Shown piece after piece: positions 37,487-45,968 of a stretch of DNA of 53,610 nucleotides (position 1 is its first letter; every line of letters begins with the position of its first letter). The notes under the pieces were generated by a model. That model was not told the DNA's origin. It ran no database searches and saw only the letters and a list, made by a program, of their open reading frames with translations. Both the position numbers and the translations under genes were made by a program. The DNA is from Bacteroidota bacterium (lineage in GTDB: Bacteria; Bacteroidota; Ignavibacteria; UBA10030; UBA8401). The DNA lies in assembly GCA_020052095.1 (NCBI GenBank), contig JAGVPT010000159.1, positions 1 through 53,610 of the forward strand, read 5' to 3'.

Positions 37487-37822
37487 GAAGCGGAAGTTAG
37501 GAGAGTGGAAGCAGTTGTAAGTTGTAAGTTTAGAGTTGCAGGTTTTAAGTTGTAAGTTGAGACATCTGAAAAATTCTTGAGTTAGTCATGGTGAGCGAAG
37601 GCGAACCATGATTTCACTCTAAATTTCACACTTCGACTACGCTCACTGTGAATTTTGTCGGCTTAAAACCAATTTTTCAGATGTCTCAAGTTATAAGTGG
37701 TAAGAATACAGAATTCAGGAGACAGCATATAGAATAAAAGTGCGAGGCTTGATTCGTAGGAAGGTTCCTGAGTGAACACCTCCTGTATCCTGAATCCTGT
37801 ATACTCGTATCTGTATTCTTTC
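37487..37822. repeat. Compound heptamer region (AGTTGTA family; AGAATWC / ATCCTGW inverted arms) containing a MITE
   Basis: AGTTGTA AGTTGTA AGTTTAG AGTTGCA GGTTTTA AGTTGTA AGTT[MITE]AAGTTAT AAGTGGT ... AGAATAC AGAATTC AGGAGAC AGCATAT ... CTCCTGT ATCCTGA ATCCTGT. Confidence 0.85.
37559..37687. mobile_element. 129-bp MITE with perfect 17-bp TIRs, a 5-bp flanking duplication and an internal REP doublet
   Basis: GAGACATCTGAAAAATT / AATTTTTCAGATGTCTC; AAGTT on both sides (37554-37558, 37688-37692). Interior GTCATGGTGAGCGAAGGCGAACCATGA ... CTTCGACTACGCTCAC. Confidence 0.85.
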
Positions 37823-37853
37823 TCGACTCACAACATCGGAGTGACGAACAACC

Positions 37854-38642
37854 GTGCCTCCTTCCAAAAAATTGCTCCATTCTCTCGGCTCCAGTGAATC
37901 GCCGGTGGTGATTGCTCACCGCGGATCTTCCGAGGAGGCGCCGGAGAACTCCATCGCTGCATTTCATAAAGCGATCGAGGCAAAAGCCGACATGATCGAA
38001 CTCGATGTGCGGCTCTCTTCCGACAATGAATTTGTCGTGTTCCACGACAAGAAATTGAATCGAACCTCCGATGGCCGCGGACTTCTGAATAGTTTCCCAG
38101 CGGGTGAGTTGACGGAGCTTGACAACGGGTCATGGTTCTCTCGGAAATTCTCACGCGAGCGAATCCCGCTCCTCCGCGATGTTCTTCCACTCACAAAACA
38201 CGGTGTCATGATCAACATCGAAATCAAGCCCGATGTCACGAGCTTGAGCGAACTCTCGGTGGAGGAAGAAATTGTCAGAGTCGTGTCTAAATTCAAAGCG
38301 ACCCATCGCGTCATGTTTTCGTCGTTCAATCATTTCATGATGAAAGCGATCAAGCGTATCGACGACGGTATCGTGACCGGAATTCTATACAATCCGATCG
38401 CCGATTTTCGTCATTCTCCCTCCCAACTCGCGGCTCGAGCGCACGCCGACATCTTTATTTGCAGCAAGTATCAACTCAACAGCGACGTCATGCACGATGC
38501 CCACAAGAACGATTGCCGCGTCTATGTCTATGGAGTCAAATCGGAGCGCGATGTGGAACGGATGGTCCGCCTCGGAGTCGACGGCATCATCGCCGACAAT
38601 CCGGCGATGGTGAAGAGAATGTTTAAATCTCTTTTTTCTTAG
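37854..38642 (+). CDS. Glycerophosphodiester phosphodiesterase
   Basis: IAHRG, PENSIAAF, IELDV, VFHD, NIEIK and GVDGIIADNP. Confidence 0.94.
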   Translation: MPPSKKLLHSLGSSESPVVIAHRGSSEEAPENSIAAFHKAIEAKADMIELDVRLSSDNEFVVFHDKKLNRTSDGRGLLNSFPAGELTELDNGSWFSRKFSRERIPLLRDVLPLTKHGVMINIEIKPDVTSLSELSVEEEIVRVVSKFKATHRVMFSSFNHFMMKAIKRIDDGIVTGILYNPIADFRHSPSQLAARAHADIFICSKYQLNSDVMHDAHKNDCRVYVYGVKSERDVERMVRLGVDGIIADNPAMVKRMFKSLFS

Positions 38643-38690
38643 AAGAGGATGAAGCTAGTGCCGTGTCCAATAAATAACATTGTGTGGTTG

Positions 38691-38794
38691 AACCGCTCCC
38701 AAAGGGATCCCTTTGGGACAAGACGCTAAGAACGCCAAGAAGGTTCAGTAAAATTGATAATAATATTCTTTGCGATCTTGGCGCCTTGGCGGTA
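38691..38794. repeat. Inverted 9-mer REP element (ACCGCCAAG..CGCCAAG / CTTGGCG..CTTGGCGGT) interrupted by a perfect 22-bp palindrome
   Basis: AACCGC[TCCCAAAGGGATCCCTTTGGGA, 38697-38718]CAAGACGCTAAGAACGCCAAG ... CTTTGCGATCTTGGCGCCTTGGCGGT. Confidence 0.85.
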
Positions 38795-38833
38795 AAATAC
38801 AATATAATTATTGGGGATAACACTAATTGGTGG

Positions 38834-38860
38834 AAGCCGTCTTTCATAGACGGCTTTTTT
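38834..38860 (+). terminator. Intrinsic terminator
   Basis: AAGCCGTCT-TTCAT-AGACGGC followed by a T6 run, between the convergent GDPD and acpS genes. Confidence 0.8.
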
Positions 38861-38885
38861 ATTGGGGAGAATTTATTCGTTGGAG

Positions 38886-39266
38886 TTATTTTGATTCAGC
38901 GACTTCGATAACGGCGAACGCCACGACGGAGGCGTCGGAATGGGAGAGTGAAAGATACACGGTGCTCTTCTCCAATGCTTGCGCTGTGATGCCGTGGAGG
39001 ATCACGCTCGGCTTTCCCGACAGCTCGTTCATCACCTCGACATTTTTCCATTCAAACTCGCCGCTCCATCCGGTCGCCAACGCTTTGCTCACCGCTTCCT
39101 TTGCGGCGAATCGCGCCGCGAAATGCTGGGTAGGATTTTTTCGCGATCGACAGTACGCAATTTCCGCGTCGGTAAAAATTTTCCGCAGAAAGGTGTCGCC
39201 GAACTTTTCTATCGACGATTGGATCCTTTGTATCTCTATAATGTCAACGCCGATTCCTTGAATCAC
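38886..39266 (-). CDS. acpS: Holo-ACP synthase
   Basis: GIGVDIIEI.RI, ARFAAKEAVSKALATG, GKP and LSLSH. Confidence 0.96.
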   Translation of the reverse strand: MIQGIGVDIIEIQRIQSSIEKFGDTFLRKIFTDAEIAYCRSRKNPTQHFAARFAAKEAVSKALATGWSGEFEWKNVEVMNELSGKPSVILHGITAQALEKSTVYLSLSHSDASVVAFAVIEVAESK

Positions 39267-39312
39267 TCTTCTCTTCCCTTTGTGCCGTTTCGTGCTTGTG
39301 GTCCGTGAATCG

Positions 39313-40002
39313 TTATATTCTCACTTTATTTTCATCTCTCACAATATCGATCAGCTCCGCAATGTCATCCACTTCGAAGTCCGCATTCGATTCGACGGTG
39401 CCGAATGTATCGCCGTACCGTGCGAAGACGGTTTTCATCCCCACTTTCGCCGCCCCGACGACGTCTCGTTCAGCCCAATCGCCGACCATGAGCGCCTCAC
39501 TTGCATCGACGCGGAGCAGTTCGAGTGCGCGACGGAACGGCGCTTCGTGAGGCTTGCGTTGTCCGGTGTCTTCAAACGTGACTACATTGTTAAAAATGTG
39601 GTGAAAGTTGAGGTACGAGAGCCGCAGCCACGCCTCGCGCGCGGGCGCATCGGACACGACGGCCAGACGGATCCCCATTTTCAATAACTCCATGAGTGTC
39701 ATATAGACGTGAGGATACGGTACAAGCGCCGCTTCACGAGCGCGCCGGTAGGCAATGACTCCGGCAGACAGAATCTTGTAATCGACTTTTTGAAATTCGT
39801 CGTACAACAGCTGGTCGAAGACGTTCTGGAATTCCATCCCGCGTTCTTTGTAGATGGCGTTGATACGCGATTGAATATCGTCCCGGCTTAATTGCAGACC
39901 TGCGTCCATCATGGCGTCAATGGCTGCATCGATCGCCTTGCGCTTCATCAGCATGAAATCGACAAGCGTGTTATCCAAATCGAAGATGACCGCTTTGATC
40001 AT
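39313..40002 (-). CDS. HAD-superfamily hydrolase (TIGR02253-like)
   Basis: MIKAVIFDLDNTL, KPHEAPF and MVGDWAERDVVGA. The ATG overlaps the aroQ stop. Confidence 0.92.
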   Translation of the reverse strand: MIKAVIFDLDNTLVDFMLMKRKAIDAAIDAMMDAGLQLSRDDIQSRINAIYKERGMEFQNVFDQLLYDEFQKVDYKILSAGVIAYRRAREAALVPYPHVYMTLMELLKMGIRLAVVSDAPAREAWLRLSYLNFHHIFNNVVTFEDTGQRKPHEAPFRRALELLRVDASEALMVGDWAERDVVGAAKVGMKTVFARYGDTFGTVESNADFEVDDIAELIDIVRDENKVRI

Positions 40003-40433
40003 GATTTCGGAGAGTGTTGGAGAAGCGTCTCGACCGCAATGCGGTACCCCGCAGAACCGAATCCGGAAATCTGTGCCTTGCATACGGGCGCGATAACCGA
40101 GTGTTTTCGGAACTCTTCGCGTAAATGAATATTCGAAAGGTGAACTTCAATAACCGGAACCGTCAAGGCTGAAATGGCGTCGCGAATCGCGTACGAGTAG
40201 TGTGTGAATGCCGCCGGATTGATCACAACGGCATCTACCTTTTTCGAAAGTGTCGATTGCAGTTTGTCGATTATCACACCCTCGTGATTCGACTGGAAGA
40301 ACGTGAAGCGAATCTTCGGAAATGCTCGCCGGAGTTCATCCTGAATATCTTTCAGGGTCTGAGTGCCGTAGATTTCCGGCTCCCGCCTGCCGAGAAGATT
40401 GAGATTGGGTCCGTTGATGACGAGTACGTTCAT
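39999..40433 (-). CDS. aroQ: Type II 3-dehydroquinate dehydratase
   Basis: NGPNLNLLGRREPEIYG, QSNHEG, INPAAFTHYS and EVHLSNIHLREEFR. Confidence 0.97.
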   Translation of the reverse strand: MNVLVINGPNLNLLGRREPEIYGTQTLKDIQDELRRAFPKIRFTFFQSNHEGVIIDKLQSTLSKKVDAVVINPAAFTHYSYAIRDAISALTVPVIEVHLSNIHLREEFRKHSVIAPVCKAQISGFGSAGYRIAVETLLQHSPKS

Positions 40434-40442
40434 GAGTGTGGA

Positions 40443-40555
40443 GTCCGTAGTCCGCAGTCCTGAGTCCGAGGTCCAAAGTCCAAGGTTCGGAAAACTGGGG
40501 TTTGATCTTCAATTCCTAATTCATCCCTCATCTCTTCTCTCTTTTCTCTTATCTC
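40443..40555. repeat. Compound heptamer array: (GTCCNNN)x6 plus AATTC / ATCYCTY-type units
   Basis: GTCCGTA GTCCGCA GTCCTGA GTCCGAG GTCCAAA GTCCAAG ... AATTCCT AATTCAT CCCTCAT CTCTTCT CTCTTTT CTCTTAT. Confidence 0.9.
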
Positions 40556-40569
40556 TATTCAATCACGCG

Positions 40570-40842
40570 CTACCGTGCCCGTACAAGCTCGTCTTCGATA
40601 AACACTCGGATCGCCGGTTTGATGAACACGTTATCGATCCCAAGCTCTCCGAACGCCTGCGAAATAACCGATGCTTTTCGGTTCGGATTGAGCTTTTTAT
40701 TCACGACAATAATGCGCTCGTCGCGCAACAGGCAATACCCGCCGTCGAAATCGCCCTTTTCAAACCGGATGCGAACTCCCAGATCACGGGCAACAATATC
40801 GAGCTCGGACAATATCTCCTCAGCAGTCATATCGTGATCCAT
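40570..40842 (-). CDS. Small hypothetical protein
   Basis: Compact globular-looking ORF (LGVRIRFEKGDFDGGYCLL..ERIIVVNKKL) in operon-like spacing with its neighbours. Confidence 0.75.
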   Translation of the reverse strand: MDHDMTAEEILSELDIVARDLGVRIRFEKGDFDGGYCLLRDERIIVVNKKLNPNRKASVISQAFGELGIDNVFIKPAIRVFIEDELVRAR

Positions 40843-40859
40843 CCATAAAGTTCGAGATT

Positions 40860-41363
40860 CTACTTCTTCATCGGCTGCCAGACTACCAGCCCGACGATCG
40901 TGTAATACGACAACAATGCAATCATCGGGACGCCCGCTAATGCGGCAAGCCGATGGATAAACAGAACGCGGAAGTCCGTCAACGACGGGTTAAAAAAGAA
41001 ATCAAGCGAAATCATTTTCCAATCAAGGTAGAGCGTATAGAACTCTACGGGGGAAAACATGAAAAATAGGATTGCGCTCATCATGAGCCATCCGTTTTGC
41101 TTGAACGGAAGTGTTGTGGTACTCACGAAGAAAATCGCGCTGGCAAATGTTCCAAGATATCCGCCGATCACGATCACAGAACTGAGACTGATCAGCCGAA
41201 ACACCTCCCCCTCAAGTTCCGCATCCAGGTTTGTCTTGAACTGCAGCGTTCCAAAATTCAGGAGCTCGTTGCCGATCACGGCGCGGACATTAACGGCGCC
41301 CAGCCAAATAATTGAACTGACCATGAGCGCAAAGAGGGAAATCCTGGCAATCTGATTTCGCAT
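40860..41363 (-). CDS. Hypothetical membrane protein (about 4 TM)
   Basis: Four hydrophobic segments; C-terminal VVWQPMKK. Confidence 0.8.
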   Translation of the reverse strand: MRNQIARISLFALMVSSIIWLGAVNVRAVIGNELLNFGTLQFKTNLDAELEGEVFRLISLSSVIVIGGYLGTFASAIFFVSTTTLPFKQNGWLMMSAILFFMFSPVEFYTLYLDWKMISLDFFFNPSLTDFRVLFIHRLAALAGVPMIALLSYYTIVGLVVWQPMKK

Positions 41364-41473
41364 AAAGTAAAATTAGAACAATTCCCTCTGAGTTGCAACC
41401 TACCCAAAGAGTTTCATTCTCTTTGGGACAAATAGAGTCTCGTTGGTGGGCCCGTCGAGTCCTTACTAATGAT

Positions 41474-41888
41474 GTTACTTTCTTTCCGAGAAAGTCCCAA
41501 AGGGATCACTTCGGGAAAAGTAACCAAAGAAATCTTATCGAAATCGTAACGCACGGATTCAATCCCATCCGCACTTGCTGACAATTTCGGTGCGCCAAGA
41601 GGGATGAGGCCTTGTCCATTGAACCGAAGCACCGAAATTGAAACCCTCCGATTGAATCCTTCCCCCCCCCGCGCACCCAACGATTTCGACGCGACCGGAA
41701 CGATGCTGCGTTGATGAACTCGGAATCGGCGGCATGTGCGAGGGGGCGATGCGTGCGTTAAGAAAACGGCTGGCCTGAGAGGTGGCGTGTGTGAGTCGTT
41801 TTCTTCGGCAAGTGCGCGGCGAAGCATCGCAAGGGTTTCGATTCCGAAAAGCTCTCATTGCTTCTTTCTCTGGCATCAGAGAAAGAAG
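41474..41888. ncRNA. Candidate large structured ncRNA or non-autonomous mobile element (unassigned)
   Basis: Two related terminal hairpins plus at least six internal helices found by eye (see findings). No credible ORF. Confidence 0.55.
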
Positions 41889-41926
41889 GGAGTGGATAAG
41901 TTGTACCAAAATTAAAGACTACCAGC

Positions 41927-41941
41927 AGTGATGCCATGACT
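41927..41941. repeat. Half-site of the GTGATGCCATGACT REP family
   Basis: AGTGATGCCATGACT without a partner arm. Confidence 0.7.
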
Positions 41942-41962
41942 GGCCAAGACATCGCTTTTCAG

Positions 41963-43024
41963 TTACCGAACAATCAGTACCCGTACTTTGCTCCGCACTT
42001 TGATCGCGCCTTTGCCTTTGAGAATTGTTGCCATGGAGAGGTGCGTGCCGCGGACTTCTATGATCTGAACCTCTCCGACTCGGGCATCCTTCGTTCCAAG
42101 CGCCTCTTTTGTGGTGGGATCAAGGATAGGCTCTCCCTCCACGAACACCGTTAGGACATCACCCACCTGCACGCTTTCGTCCGAGCCGATGTTGAGAAAC
42201 ACCTGGTCAGAGTCGACGAGGACTATTTCTCCCCGCACAATCCGCCGAGTCAAACGAGTTGCGGTGTCTGCACCGGTCGAATCGATTTGGAGGGTTGATG
42301 ATACGACAGCGGCCTTTGTCTTCAATGCCGGTATAGCCTTTTCAAGTTTTCCAGCGAAGTCTTCCGCGCACTTCAGCATTGCCTCGCCGATAATTGTCTT
42401 ATTGAATTGATCGCCTCCAAAGTAGAGGTCATCGAGAGAAAAAAATTGATTCGTCCTTTCCGTTTGCTTGCCAAACAACGTGATGCCAAGCCCCTTATCT
42501 TTGACCACGCCTGACGCATCGCCTTCGTAGAGAGGAGAGATCTCCTTATTAGCGCGGAGTTCTGCGGCGTCGTAGATTGAAAACTGCAACTGGACTTCGC
42601 CGGCGAATGCCTCGTACCCCGCGAGTGTCTGTTCTGCCACGAGAAATCGTGAGACAGAGAATGTTTCCACCGAGCCAAGAATGATGTACCGTAAGTGGAA
42701 TTCTTCTGAATACAACTGAAGCGACTGTGCTGATCTCCGGTTTCTCCCATTAATGTGCTCTGCTGTATCAAAATATGCGACGGTAATCGGGCTGACAACG
42801 CCCGTCTGAAATCTAAGTCTGCAGTACGACGCCATGTAGCGCGGGATATCGTATCCCAACTTCCATTTGCCGCCAAATCCTGAATTATCTTCAATGGGTG
42901 TGAAGAGGAGCAGCGTGTCGGAACCAGCGAAATAGATTGATCTATTAGGTTCCTGCGCGAACGCGACGGGAGGGAAAAATCGAATAATGCACACAAAGAG
43001 GACAGCACACTTCAGTCTACTCAT
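41963..43024 (-). CDS. Exported protein with a CsgG/FlgT-like architecture (FlgT C-terminal-like domain)
   Basis: Signal peptide from MSRLKCAV; C-terminal GEIV.VDS.QVFLNIGS...VQVGDVLTVF..GEPILDPTT.E.LG...VGEVQI. Confidence 0.65.
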   Translation of the reverse strand: MSRLKCAVLFVCIIRFFPPVAFAQEPNRSIYFAGSDTLLLFTPIEDNSGFGGKWKLGYDIPRYMASYCRLRFQTGVVSPITVAYFDTAEHINGRNRRSAQSLQLYSEEFHLRYIILGSVETFSVSRFLVAEQTLAGYEAFAGEVQLQFSIYDAAELRANKEISPLYEGDASGVVKDKGLGITLFGKQTERTNQFFSLDDLYFGGDQFNKTIIGEAMLKCAEDFAGKLEKAIPALKTKAAVVSSTLQIDSTGADTATRLTRRIVRGEIVLVDSDQVFLNIGSDESVQVGDVLTVFVEGEPILDPTTKEALGTKDARVGEVQIIEVRGTHLSMATILKGKGAIKVRSKVRVLIVR

Positions 43025-44270
43025 ACAGCAGATACTTCTTTCGGACCAATCTAAATGATTCGATATCTTTATTCCAATGTGAAACAATTTCTTCGACCGG
43101 AGCCTTCTTTTCGAGAGCCAAACGGACTGCGTTTGTGCCCATTACCTTATCGAACATTTGAATTCGTGACGAATCGGATAATGCGAAAATGCTTTTCGCG
43201 GGGTACAACTCGTTTATCACCTCAATGATGTGGAGTTGGAGATTGACAAGATTTACCTTCTCGCGGTCGAGAATGTAAATCTGCACTCCGTTCACTTGTT
43301 TCCCCTGCATCGCCGCATAGAAGGGTTTGTAGATGATCGGACGGAAGTAGACGCCCGCAATTTTCTTGGCGTTCAGTGATTGGGCAAAACGCGAAGCATC
43401 GATCCATGGAGTGCCGACAAGTTGAAACGGCAATGTGTATCCGACGCCAATACTCACAGCATCAAGCTCACCGAGAATTCCCGTTCCAGCATAAAACAAC
43501 GCCGTCGCAGCGTTCGGGATATGAGGCGACGGGGGAACCCACTCCAATCCGGTCTCTTCCCACCACATCGAACGATTCCATCCTATTATCTTGATAACAG
43601 TGAGCCTGCATGCCACGCCGCCTTTGAGCCACCCTTCGACGTTCAACAACGTCGCCAGCTCGCCGCACGTCATTCCGTAGACATATGGGATCGGGAACAT
43701 GCCGACAAATGATTTGTATTTTACGTCGAGAATATTCCCCTCGATCTTGTTTCCAGTGAGAGGATTCGGCCTGTCGAGCACGACAAAATCGATATTGTTC
43801 TCGGCGGCGGCTTCCATGGCAACCGCCATTGTGTTGATGTAGGTATACGATCGCGAGCCGATATCCTGGATGTCGTATACCAGAACATCAACCCCTTTGA
43901 GCATTTCGGGAGTCGGCTTGGTAGTTTTTCCGTAGAGCGAGTACACCGGAATCCCCGTTGCCGAATCGGTGTACGAATCAACCCGTTCTCCGGCTGCCAC
44001 ATCCCCACGGACACCGTGTTCCGGGCCATAGAGGGCAACGAGCTTGAGCTCCTTCGCTCGCGCAAAGATATCGACTGTGGAAACGAGAGTGTTAGAAACT
44101 CCGGTCGGATTGGTGATCAGGCCAACGCGTCTGCCGATGAGCGGAGAGAAGTTGTTTTCGACGAGAACATCAATGCCGGTTTTAATGACGGGCTTAGGCC
44201 GCGGTTGAGGTTGTGCGTGGAGAGTGACAGCTAATGCAAAAGTCAAAATTAGAAATGATAAATTCTTCAC
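43017..44270 (-). CDS. namZ: Exo-beta-N-acetylmuramidase NamZ family (DUF1343)
   Basis: VGLITNPTG, LYGPEHGVRG, YSLYG, YDIQDIGSRSYTY, VLDRPNP, GMTCGELA and WVPPSPHIP. Confidence 0.9.
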   Translation of the reverse strand: MKNLSFLILTFALAVTLHAQPQPRPKPVIKTGIDVLVENNFSPLIGRRVGLITNPTGVSNTLVSTVDIFARAKELKLVALYGPEHGVRGDVAAGERVDSYTDSATGIPVYSLYGKTTKPTPEMLKGVDVLVYDIQDIGSRSYTYINTMAVAMEAAAENNIDFVVLDRPNPLTGNKIEGNILDVKYKSFVGMFPIPYVYGMTCGELATLLNVEGWLKGGVACRLTVIKIIGWNRSMWWEETGLEWVPPSPHIPNAATALFYAGTGILGELDAVSIGVGYTLPFQLVGTPWIDASRFAQSLNAKKIAGVYFRPIIYKPFYAAMQGKQVNGVQIYILDREKVNLVNLQLHIIEVINELYPAKSIFALSDSSRIQMFDKVMGTNAVRLALEKKAPVEEIVSHWNKDIESFRLVRKKYLLYE

Positions 44271-44311
44271 AGTCTTCTTCGGTTTGGTCTAACAATAAGG
44301 TTGTCTCTCTT

Positions 44312-44370
44312 TTCATAATTCTTATTTCATAATTCCTAATTCATCCCTCATCCCTTATCCCTCTTCCCTT
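44312..44370. repeat. Heptamer array (right-arm type)
   Basis: TTCAT AATTCTT ATTTCAT AATTCCT AATTCAT CCCTCAT CCCTTAT CCCTCTT CCCT. Confidence 0.88.
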
Positions 44371-44374
44371 CGAT

Positions 44375-45826
44375 CTAGATCCCCCGCAGTTTCGTCGCCT
44401 TGGCCACGCGGTCGACAGCGAGGATGAATGCGCCGATCCGTATCGAGACATTATATTTCTCGGTAGTCTTCATAACTTCAGCGTAACTCGTCGTCATTAT
44501 TTTTTCAAGTTCGGCGACGACGCGCTGGTAATCCCACCGGAATTGTTGAAGATTCTGCGCCCATTCGAAGTAGCTTACGGTGACGCCGCCGGCATTCGCG
44601 TAAATATCGGGGATGACTGGAATTTTCCTCGCTGCGAAGATATCGTCCGCTTCGTAGGTGGTGGGTCCGTTGGCGGCCTCCACGATGAGTTTCGCCTTCA
44701 CGCGGTCGGCGTTGCGAGCGTGCAATTGACCCCCCATCGCGGCAGGAATAAGGACGTCGCACTTCAATTCCAACAATTCTGCATTTGTGATTTTCGCAGC
44801 CCCCTTTAGTCCAACAACGGAACCGGTCTCGAGAACATGTTCCATTGCATCTTTATAGCGGATGCCGCGCGGATTGTACACTCCCCCTTTTACATCGCTG
44901 ACACCGACAACCTTCACACCAAATTCATCTTCCAGAATTCTTGCAGCATGGGCGCCGACATTTCCGAATCCCTGAATTGCCACCGCGGTTTTCCTCAGAT
45001 CAAACTTGAATGATTTCGACGCTTCGCGCAAGGCAATGCACACTCCTCGTCCGGTCGCCTCCTCCCGCCCAGCAGAGCCTCCCAGCTCGAGAGGCTTACC
45101 CGTGACAACCGCGGGCGTATGACCATGACGCCTGCTGTATTGATCCATCATCCACGACATCACTTGTGCATTGGTGTTGACATCGGGTGCGGGAATATCT
45201 TCGGACGGTCCGATCACGCAATCAATCTTTTGCGTGAAAATGCGTGTGAGGCGTTCAAGCTCTCCGAGCGACAATTGTTTCGGGTCGACAGCGATGCCCC
45301 CTTTTGCACCGCCGAACGGGATATCGACGATCGCCGTCTTCCACGTCATCAACGACGCGAGGGCTCTCACTTCATCGAGGTCGACATCCGGATGATACCG
45401 AATGCCACCTTTAGTCGGACCGCGAGCATTATTATGCTGTACGCGATACCCGATGAACGTGTTAAGTTTCCCGTCGTCCATGATGATCGGAAGCTCTACG
45501 CGCAATTCACGGTCGGGAGTCTTGATAAGCTGCTTTATTTCTTCGCTCAATTGGAGCTTTGCCGCTGCGATGTCAAAATTGTGCAGCACAACATCATACG
45601 AACTGATATTTTTCGCGGGCTGACTGGGCTGGCGGACAGGCAGTGCAACGGATTGCGGGGTGCCGCCTCGCCGGTTCTTTTTTGGTGAGGATTTCTTGCG
45701 CACGTTTTTCTTGTGTGCCGGTTTCTTGTGCACCAGTTTCTTGCGAATTGGCCTTGATTTTTTCCGAAGGGCTGTGCGCTTCTTTTTATGAACGCTCTTC
45801 TTATTTTTCTTCTTGCGTGCCATCAT
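44375..45826 (-). CDS. gdhA: Glu/Leu/Phe/Val dehydrogenase (glutamate dehydrogenase type) with a long Lys/Arg-rich N-terminal extension
   Basis: GYRVQHNNARGPTKGGIRYHP, PFGGAKGG, DIPAPDVNT, IQGFGNVG, VEAANGP and NAGGVTVSYFEW. AAAGGAG RBS before the Lys-rich start. Confidence 0.9.
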   Translation of the reverse strand: MMARKKKNKKSVHKKKRTALRKKSRPIRKKLVHKKPAHKKNVRKKSSPKKNRRGGTPQSVALPVRQPSQPAKNISSYDVVLHNFDIAAAKLQLSEEIKQLIKTPDRELRVELPIIMDDGKLNTFIGYRVQHNNARGPTKGGIRYHPDVDLDEVRALASLMTWKTAIVDIPFGGAKGGIAVDPKQLSLGELERLTRIFTQKIDCVIGPSEDIPAPDVNTNAQVMSWMMDQYSRRHGHTPAVVTGKPLELGGSAGREEATGRGVCIALREASKSFKFDLRKTAVAIQGFGNVGAHAARILEDEFGVKVVGVSDVKGGVYNPRGIRYKDAMEHVLETGSVVGLKGAAKITNAELLELKCDVLIPAAMGGQLHARNADRVKAKLIVEAANGPTTYEADDIFAARKIPVIPDIYANAGGVTVSYFEWAQNLQQFRWDYQRVVAELEKIMTTSYAEVMKTTEKYNVSIRIGAFILAVDRVAKATKLRGI

Positions 45827-45920
45827 GAACTCCTTTCACATCCTCGTACGCGATTTCCTTTGATCATGTTCGTACATTGCCCGTGCAATGAATTCATTTT
45901 CTATCCTCTACGGGTTTGTT

Positions 45921-45960
45921 GTAGGGGGCGTTGTGGGGGCGTTCAATTGAACGCCCCCAC
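45921..45960. repeat. GTAG-type REP palindrome
   Basis: GTAGGGGGCGTT followed by the palindrome GTGGGGGCGTTCAATTGAACGCCCCCAC. Confidence 0.8.
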
Positions 45961-45968
45961 GGTTGTCA

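Noticed and set aside
41474-41888. RNase P RNA, tmRNA or group I/II intron
   Set aside because: I could not find GAGGAAAGUCC, tRNA-like GGGG..CCACCA ends or a recognisable intron domain V / catalytic core by eye. An Rfam scan is still needed.
41414-41909. ORFs 41414-41827 and 41559-41909
   Set aside because: They have no motifs, an Arg/Pro/Ser-rich composition and no RBS. The region is better explained by base-pairing.
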